From Hemiscyllium ocellatum (Eukaryota): DNA of 64,000 bases. Position 1 is the first letter of the stretch; the number at the start of each line of letters is the position of its first letter. The position numbers and the translations under genes are program-made. A model generated the notes under the pieces. That model made no database searches. It was not told the DNA's origin and saw only the letters and a list, made by a program, of their open reading frames with translations. This document shows positions 57,701 to 64,000 of this stretch, piece after piece. Location: contig NC_083422.1 of assembly GCF_020745735.1 (NCBI RefSeq), positions 47,368,001-47,432,000 on the forward strand. Reading direction: 5' to 3'.

Positions 57701-60100
57701 TCTGTGTGAGTTTCCTCCGGGTGCTCTGGTTTCCTCCCACAGTCCAAAAATGTGCAAGTTTGGGGAATTGGCCATACTAAATTGCCCATAATGTTCAGGG
57801 ATGCTTAGGTTAGATGCATTAGTCAGGAGTAAATGTAGGGAAGTGGGTTTGGGTGGGATACTCTTCGGAGGATCGGTGTGGACTTGGTGGGCCTGTTTCC
57901 ACACTGCAGAGATTCTTTGAACATTCCAGGTAGTTGGCTTAGTAACAAAAACAAATTTGGCAAATTATGATGTATTGAAAAATGGAAGCTGGGTCGCCGA
58001 TTAAAATGGGCAACTTGGGATGGGTATGGGGGAGGGGAGGGGAGCTGTGCAACGGCTGTATTTTACATGCAATGTACTCTTCGTTCAAACACACCTAGCC
58101 TGTGTTGGGTTCAAACACACCTAGCCTGTGTTGGGAGGAAGCTTGTATCAAGCCTATGTACTTAGCATGCTCATTCCTTTATCAAAGTATCCTTTGTTAA
58201 TATATTTGTCTTTTTATTAAGTAATAAAGTACCTCATTATAATTCTTGGTGAGGGAATATTCAGTGCATTGGGTCAAACTCTACTTTCGATGCTCTGTGA
58301 TATGGGACCTGCTTCCTGCAGTGACCCAGTTGAAGGACAGGATACTCCCCACCTAACCCCCTCCTCACCTCCCCCCACCTTCCCCCTCCACCTCCCCTCC
58401 CCAACCCCCACCCATCCCTTCCCCCCTCCCCCCTGATCAGTAACAGGGACACTGAGCAGGAAATGCAGCAGGAGTTTGAGTCAGGGACATTTTGCTTTAT
58501 TCCAGAACGAAACTCCATCCAGGCAAAACATACTGGGCGCTCATTGATGCAGAACATGATGTGGGTGATGTAACCAAAGTGAAGTTTCTGTGGAACAACA
58601 ATGTGATCAACATCTTCCAACCCAAGCTCGGAGCTGAGAGCATCACCCTGGTGCGAGCGAAGGACCACACCAGGTCAGTCAGTGCCCAACAATGGATTCC
58701 CAGGTGAAGACAGCGAGTGGTAGAATTCACCCAGTAATGACAAGGAGGCTTCTTTATGGGGCAAAAGTGAGGACTGCAGATGCTGGAAACCAGAGTTTAG
58801 GTCAGAATGGTGCTGGAAAAGCACAGCAGGTCAGGCAGCATCTGAAGAACAGGAAAGAGCAGAATTCTTTATGGGGGCAAGTGGGGCTTCGCTCAGCTTA
58901 GTGACTCCTTTTATAAAAGATGCCAGATTGCAAACCACGAACCAATGAAATCCATAATCTTTGCTGACAGAACAGCCAAAGTACACACTGTAGAGGGTCA
59001 GTACTGAGGGAGTGCTGCACTGTCAGAGGGTCATTACTGAGGAAGTGCTGCACTATCAGAGGGTCAGTCCTGAGGGAGTGCCGCACTATCAGAGGGTCAG
59101 TACTGAGGGAGTGCCGCACTGTCAGAGGGTCAGTATTGAGGCAGTGCAACACTGTCAGAGGGTCAGTGCTGAGGGAGTGCTGCACTGTCAGAGGGTCAGT
59201 ACTGAGGGAGTGCCGCACTGTCAGAGGGTCAGTACTAAGGGCGTGCCGCACTGTCAGAGGGTCAATGCTGAGAGAGTGTGCACTGTCCGAGGGTCAGTAC
59301 TGAGGGAATGCTGCACTGTCAGAGGGTAAGTGCTAAGGGAGTGCCGCATTGCCAGAGGTCAGTACTAAGGGAATGCTGCACTGTCAGAGGTCAGTATTGA
59401 AGGAGTGCTGCACTGTCAGAGGGTTAGTACTGAGGGAGTGCTGCACTGTCCGAGGGTCAGTACTGAGGGAGTGTCACACTGTCAGAGAGTCAGTACTGAG
59501 GGAGTGCTGAACTGATGGAGGTCAGTACTGAGGGAGTGCCGCACTGTTGGAGGGTCAGTACTGAGGGAGTGTTGCACTGTCACAGGATCAGTGTTGAATG
59601 AGTGCTGTTACTGTCAAATGGTCAGTATTGAGGAGTACTGCATGTTTGAAGGGTCAGTACTGAAAGAATGCTGCACTGTTGAAGGCACAGTATTGAGGGA
59701 GTCCTGCACTATCAAAGGGTCAGTACTGAGGGAGCGTTGCACTATCAGAGGGTCAATGTTGAGGGAATGTTGCACTGTGGCAAAATTTGATGGTCATGTT
59801 TATAAGAGGGTATTAGGGAGCATGTTTGGATAGAGTTTAGATACTGATTAAACAATATTTAATTGACCAATAGAACAACATCGAGAGGCGCAATGTTCTT
59901 GGGTTCCTAATTGTAAAGTGGAAGGCAGGGATAAAATGGGATGAATGGAATGCTAACGTAACTTTCCCAAATTTGATTTTCACAGTCTTATACAAACTTT
60001 GTAATGCCTGTTCCTTATTTTTCCTGATAGTTTCCGGTTTTGTGGGAATGAGATGGTTAAAGAGGAGACTCTGCAAACTCTCACTCCCTGCACCTCGTAG
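39662..60100 (+). CDS. Pancreatic lipase family protein (PNLIP/PNLIPRP-like), 12 coding exons, 1413 nt, 470 aa
   Basis: Signal peptide, GHSLG, RITGLDP, CNH triad, full lid, PLAT domain; all introns GT-AG with compatible phases; ATTAAA at 60462. Exact paralogue not assignable by eye. Confidence 0.95.
40020..40335 (-). repeat. Dispersed ~70 bp satellite-like repeat family
   Basis: CCCCATCAAACACTCCC..GACAG..CAGCAC..GTAAAGCT units; also ~4440-4590, 16500-16690, 28370-28490, 61370-61470. Confidence 0.75.
40765..40919 (+). CDS. Lipase coding exon 2
   Basis: ICYDRLGCF...[24 protein letters not shown]. Confidence 0.95.
40960..41365 (+). mobile_element. CR1-clade LINE 3' end
   Basis: ggaatgagctgccagaggaagtgg 3'-end motif. 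Confidence 0.8.
41998..42490 (-). mobile_element. CR1-clade LINE 3' end
   Basis: [14 protein letters not shown]...GYGPG. Confidence 0.85.
42585..43462 (+). mobile_element. Penelope-like 3' end (GIY-YIG tail) with tandem pLTRs, each with a decayed hammerhead (~43022, ~43331)
   Basis: PVAQHFNS and EEERLIFHL motifs; direct repeat with ~309 bp period. Confidence 0.85.
44538..44663 (+). CDS. Lipase coding exon 3
   Basis: ELSGTNP...[20 protein letters not shown]. Confidence 0.93.
44640..45062 (+). repeat. ~24 bp minisatellite starting inside lipase exon 3 and spanning its donor
   Basis: Unit AGCTGGGGAAGTGTGCAAGGTGTG. Confidence 0.8.
45245..45625 (+). mobile_element. CR1-clade LINE 3' end with (ACTCTATG)n tail
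   Basis: Same family as 26900-28328. Confidence 0.88.
45945..46079 (+). CDS. Lipase coding exon 4
   Basis: [24 protein letters not shown]. Confidence 0.95.
46818..46926 (+). CDS. Lipase coding exon 5 (catalytic Ser)
   Basis: [19 protein letters not shown]...RITG. Confidence 0.95.
47459..47578 (+). CDS. Lipase coding exon 6 (catalytic Asp)
   Basis: [31 protein letters not shown]. Confidence 0.95.
47822..47953 (-). mobile_element. pLTR fragment with near-intact hammerhead (47916-47952, minus)
   Basis: TC-CTGAGGA-A-GGGC-ttat-GCCC-GAAA-CGTC-GA; flanked by duplicated ATGGGATACT. Confidence 0.8.
48300..48943 (-). mobile_element. Probable solo LTR (644 bp)
   Basis: TGTTAT...GTGACA ends; minus-strand AATAAA ~48447; splits an old LINE sequence that is contiguous at ~13040-13080. 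Confidence 0.65.
49338..49633 (+). mobile_element. Full-length tRNA-derived V-SINE (HE1-like)
   Basis: A-box GGTAGCACAGTGG, B-box GGTTCAATTCC, V-domain ctgtgtggagtttgcacattct, LINE-like tail. Confidence 0.9.
49666..49785 (+). CDS. Lipase coding exon 7 (lid)
   Basis: [36 protein letters not shown]. Confidence 0.95.
49905..50460 (-). mobile_element. CR1-clade LINE 3' end
   Basis: [26 protein letters not shown]. Confidence 0.87.
51830..51948 (+). CDS. Lipase coding exon 8 (catalytic His)
   Basis: [29 protein letters not shown]. Confidence 0.95.
52250..53070 (+). mobile_element. CR1-clade fragment interrupted by a pLTR fragment (~52539-52655) with hammerhead core
   Basis: CTGATGA-A-GAGC-ttat-GCTC-GAAA-CGTA at 52539-52566. 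Confidence 0.75.
53085..53700 (+). repeat. Array of the ~70 bp repeat with internal ~28 bp sub-array
   Basis: GAGAGCTTTACTCTGTATCTAA..GTGCTG..CCTGTCCTGGGAGTGTTTGATGGGGAC; sub-units AGAGCTTT..CAGTTTCAAAGAG at ~53390-53545. Confidence 0.8.
54512..54641 (+). CDS. Lipase coding exon 9
   Basis: [14 protein letters not shown]...[12 protein letters not shown]. Confidence 0.93.
54780..55190 (+). repeat. ~32 bp C-rich minisatellite (CCCTCACTCCCTCAGCCCTCACACTAC..)
   Basis: Seen directly; decayed continuation ~55510-55740 after the SINE. Confidence 0.8.
55195..55508 (-). mobile_element. V-SINE (HE1-like)
   Basis: Reverse complement of the 49338 family. Confidence 0.88.
55888..55999 (+). CDS. Lipase coding exon 10
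   Basis: [11 protein letters not shown]...[14 protein letters not shown]. Confidence 0.93.
56330..57112 (-). mobile_element. CR1-clade LINE fragment
   Basis: [16 protein letters not shown]. Confidence 0.8.
57116..57368 (-). mobile_element. V-SINE, internally deleted
   Basis: Tail and tRNA head present. Confidence 0.75.
57590..57915 (+). mobile_element. V-SINE (HE1-like)
   Basis: TGGCTCAGTG A-box, GGTTCGATCCC B-box, V-domain. Confidence 0.85.
58506..58673 (+). CDS. Lipase coding exon 11
   Basis: LHPGKTY...[23 protein letters not shown]. Confidence 0.93.
58762..58864 (-). mobile_element. Single-arm pLTR 3' end with TSD TTCTTTATGGGG
   Basis: Duplication at 58750-58761 and 58865-58876; matches the 43380-43460 end. 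Confidence 0.75.
58985..59780 (+). repeat. 33 bp minisatellite (GTCAGTACTGAGGGAGTGCTGCACTGTCAGAGG), ~24 copies
   Basis: Seen directly; explains the 11-aa periodic ORFs. Confidence 0.95.
60031..60100 (+). CDS. Lipase coding exon 12
   Basis: atag|[22 protein letters not shown]. Confidence 0.92.
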
Positions 60101-60569
60101 AAAAAAACAAACTGTGCTGATTCAACTACACACCAAATCTGTCTGTGAGAGAAACAGAGACAACTCTTCCATTCCCAATTCCATCCTGAATGTTTCTGTG
60201 AATTATCCTGGGAAATTTGGAATCGAAGAGAAGGGGAAATAACACAAATCAAGGTCACAGACAATTGATTGGTAAAGGAATATTTCAAAATCCTCGACAA
60301 ACTGTACATCAGAAAATCCGATGAGGTCAGATCATTCCTGTCAAAGCATTGTTCCAGTTTGATTTCATATTCCTGCACACACATCTGGAGTGGATTCCTC
60401 CAACAGAAACAGATTTCAATCGTCATTGATTGGATTCACTCGGATCCAGCCTTCTGTATCAATTAAATTAAACAAAAGGCAACTTGCTCATTGACTAATT
60501 TCATCTTTCTACAGAAATTCAAAAGGCAGCGAATGAACAGATTACACAGAACTACAGCAGCACTGGCCA

Positions 60570-60990
60570 ATTGTCCAGTGGGAATGAATGGGAAGGGATC
60601 TGTCTCAAATGGGATTGTATACAGTGGGAATAATTGGGAATGGACTTGTATCTATTGGGATTGTGCACAGTGGGAATGAACAAGAATGGGCTTGTGTCCA
60701 TTGGGATTGTGTACAGTGGAAATGAACAGGAATGGATTTGTGTCCATTGGGATTGTGTACAGTGGGAATAATTGGGAATGGGCTTGTATCTATTGGGATT
60801 GTGTACAGTGGGAATAAACAGGAATGTGCTTGTGTCCATTGGGATTATGTACAGTGGGAATGAACAGAAATGGGCTTGTGTCCATTGGGATTGTGTACAG
60901 TGGGAATGAATGGGAATGGTTTGTGTCCATTGGGACTGCGTACAGTGGGAATGAAGGGGTTGGGATTTGTGTCCATTGGGATTGTTACTG
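60570..60990 (+). repeat. ~46 bp minisatellite (GTCCATTGGGATTGTGTACAGTGGGAATGAAC..)
   Basis: About 9 copies seen directly. Confidence 0.9.
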
Positions 60991-61178
60991 CACGAGTGAA
61001 GGAAATGGGTTTTGTCCATGGGGTTTTACTACTGGTGAAATGGAGTTCAATTCTGTGTCATGGGAGTTGGCAGTTGTACTTGGAATTCACAACAGGTGCT
61101 GATAAAAGTAGACTTTTCAAAATGAGCTTTGAAGTGTGATAGAATACCACATGTTCAACACAGCATGATGAAACCACA

Positions 61179-61351
61179 AGGTAAAAACAATGACTGCAGA
61201 TGCTGGAAACCAGATTCTGGATTAGTGGTGCTGGAAGAGCACAGCAGTTCAGGCACCATCCAAAGTGCAGCGAAATTTGCCCAAACATCGATTTTGCTGA
61301 ACTTTGGATGGTGCCTGAACTGCTGTGCTCTTCCAGCACCACTAATCCAGA
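61179..61351 (-). mobile_element. Palindromic pLTR mini-element lacking the hammerhead core, 14 bp TSD
   Basis: ATGATGAAACCACA at 61165-61178 and 61352-61365. Confidence 0.85.
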
Positions 61352-62434
61352 ATGATGAAACCACAGTCCACCAAACACTGTCAGGGCAGATACGGCGTGG
61401 GATTAGATACAGAGTAAAGCTCCCTCAACTCTTTTAAACTGAAAGTAAAGCCCTTGCTACACTGTCCCATTAAACATGTAAACATGTAGGGCAGGAAGCG
61501 TTAACTGGACAAAGGCTGAGACTGACATATCAGGATAATGAGCTGTTTTTGAGGAGATTCTCAGTGTGAGATTTATGATAGTCAAGAGTGAGAACATGTT
61601 GAAATGCGAATGAATATATTTTTAACGCTCTGTTTATTTTTGAAAATGACTATTTCGAAAATTAATGAAATCTGTAACAGATCCAGTGGATCTGTCAACA
61701 TGTGGCCGCTATGGAGTGTGAAAAAGTGAGTGAATGAGGGAATGGCAGAGGGAGAAGTTGAGAGCATCTAGAAATGTACGAGCTTGCGAGACAGAAAGGG
61801 GCAGCTGTTGGGAAGAGAATAAGCAAGGACAAAGTAGACAGAGAGAAGAGAGAGTGAGGGAGAAACAGATAGAAAGAAAGCCAGAGAGACAGGCAGATAG
61901 ACAAGAAGACATAAGGTTATGACCTTCTACAGGCCCATCACAGGAAGCAAGGCAGGAGTTGCTTAGCAGTGGGAGCGGGGGATGATGTTCCAGAGGAAAT
62001 CAATGCGTTTTCCTCCCCCAGGGCATACATCAAAAATGAGGAGGACAAGAGCTGGCGAGCGAATCAGAGGGAGAAGCCACAAGAGGGTGGGGGTTTGGGG
62101 GAGGATGCATGATGCTGTCAATGCCCCTCAGGCAGTTTTGTTCAGGGATATCTGGGTTAATCAGATACGCGATCGGTGGGAATGCTACTGGTTATAGAAT
62201 GTAAGGAGCGCCATTGCTGTAGGAATGGACATTGCCACCAATGTCACCATCAATGCCCACCTGACTGGGCTGTGGAGGTTTACCACTGGGGACCATTGGA
62301 AGGCTGCCCAGGAAGGCTGGGTTGGGGATGGTGGCAGTGAAGGTGGAAAGTGGGTTTAGGGACAGTGAGGGTGCTAGTGTCAGAGTGGGATTGGAGGGGC
62401 TGGTGATGTTGGCTGATGGAATTCTCTGCATTTG

Positions 62435-63093
62435 CCCTCCCCTCCCCTTACCCTCCCCTTATCCTCTCCTTACCATTCCCTCGCCCTCCCCTCACCCTGC
62501 CCTTACTCTCCCCTCACCCTCCCCTCACATTCCCCTCACACTCCCCTCACCCTCCCCTCGCCCTCCCCTCACCCTCCCCTCACACTCTCCTCACCCTCCC
62601 CTCGCCCTTCCCTCGTCCTCTCCTCGCCCTCCCTTCCTCCTCCCCTGGCCCTCCCCTCACCCTCCCCTCGTCTTCTCCTCGCCCTTCCCTTGCCCTCCCC
62701 TCGCCCCCCCTCCCCTCCTCTCCTCAACCTCCCCTCACCCTCCCTTCACCCTCCCCTCACCCTCCCTTCACCCTCCCCTCACCCACTCCTCACCCTCTCC
62801 TCATCCTCCCCTCACCCTGCCCTTTCTCTCCCTTCACCCTGCAGTCACCCTCCCCTCCCCCTCACACTCCCCTCCCCTCCCCCTCCCCTCCCCCTCCCCC
62901 CCTCCCCTCCCCCTCACATTCCCCTCACCCTTGCCCTCCCCTGCACTCCCCTTGCCTTTCCCTCTCCTCACCCTCCCCTCCCCTCCCCCTCCCCTCCCCC
63001 TCCCCCCCTCCCCTCCCCCTCACATTCCCCTCACCCTTGCCCTCCCCTGCACTCCCCTTGCCTTTCCCTCTCCTCACCCTCCCCTCCCCTCCC
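62435..63093 (+). repeat. Polypyrimidine (CCCTCCCCTCA)n tract
   Basis: Seen directly; gives spurious Pro-rich ORFs in all three plus frames. Confidence 0.95.
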
Positions 63094-64000
63094 GACACTC
63101 AGTATTATCCAACACCCAAGGGAGTGAAAGATAAAGTGAATGCGACATAGAGAGGAGAGAGAAATAGATGACAGAAAGACAGAAATCGAGGAGTGTGAAA
63201 AACGTGAGTAACATCCCACCCTACCCTGGAGTATCTCGGTGAAACCCATGTTAGACATATCCAATGGGCAAGTTTGGACATTCATACTCCCCAGGATCAT
63301 CGACCCTCAAACCCTGATTTTCGACAGACACTGTGAGTTTGATGAATGTGTGGCTGGTCTCTCTGAATGGGGTTACCTGATACAGGATTTTCTATAAATA
63401 CCTCTGCCTCAGACTGGCTGTCTCCCAGCATGAACTGACCTTTTAAAAGCTTTTTAAGTAACGGGCCCGCTCTATGTAGGATCCTTCAGCAGTTATTTTA
63501 AGGTGTGTGGTGGTGAGTGAGGGTGCAGAAGTTTAATCTATTCTCTCTGCCATTTAGACAAACATTAATTATTAATAAGGAGCCAATCAGCCTCTGAGAG
63601 AGAGAGGGAGCGATGATGCTGGGGGAATTAAATCTTGCGTGGCTTTGAATCTTCTGTTTCCTTCCCTCCTTAAGGCTCTGGCGTGGCTCAGTGTGAGTCC
63701 CTGACCCTTCCAGTGGTTAATCTGCTTCCATTGTCCCTCACTTTGTACTTTGTGAGAAAGTGTGTTGATTCAGGGATGAGGGGCTGGGAGAAGCTGGAAT
63801 TGTTCTCCTTAGAAAGAGGGTATTGATTTGAGGAGTTTAAATAAAGGACAGTGTTTTAACAGAGTAAATAATGCAAAACTGTTTCCAGCAGAAAGAGGGT
63901 CAGTAATGAGAGGGACGCAAATTGAAGAGAATCTGCCAAATGACCAGAGGGAGAGAAAGAAAGAATGTTTATTGACAGCACAGGAATGCATTGCCTGGAA

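Noticed and set aside
58083-58135. Exact 26 bp tandem duplication
   Set aside because: Real but isolated; no evidence of function
58898-59833. Periodic ORFs and CRISPR-like appearance
   Set aside because: Head-to-tail 33 bp minisatellite with no unique spacers, in a vertebrate intron
39662-60100. Lipase pseudogene or a specific PNLIP/PNLIPRP symbol
   Set aside because: All exons are open and in phase; paralogue identity needs a phylogeny
62322-63150. Three long Pro-rich ORFs
   Set aside because: By-product of the C/T tract; open in all frames because stops cannot occur

Overview
Vertebrate nuclear DNA, most likely from a shark (inferred from V-SINE/HE1-type SINEs, CR1-clade LINEs and Penelope-like elements). 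Most short ORFs in the supplied track are spurious. Four spliced genes can be rebuilt by hand. (1) The 5' end of PDCD11 (minus strand, two coding exons). (2) ATP5MK/USMG5 (plus, 61 aa), sharing a bidirectional promoter with PDCD11. (3) A complete TAF5 (minus, 10 coding exons, 767 aa). (4) A complete pancreatic-lipase-family gene (plus, 12 coding exons, 470 aa, intact Ser-Asp-His triad). The most notable non-genic signal is a dense set of minimal type-I hammerhead ribozyme motifs from at least three Penelope-linked families, whose stems covary around an invariant core. Several sit in ~170-490 bp palindromic mini-elements with 10-15 bp target-site duplications, and two independent copies share the target GACTG-N5-TGAG. 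Also present: an ORF1-only L1 (HAL1-like) element, minisatellites that copy adjacent splice junctions, a probable solo LTR and a U6 fragment. Repeat boundaries are approximate (read by eye).
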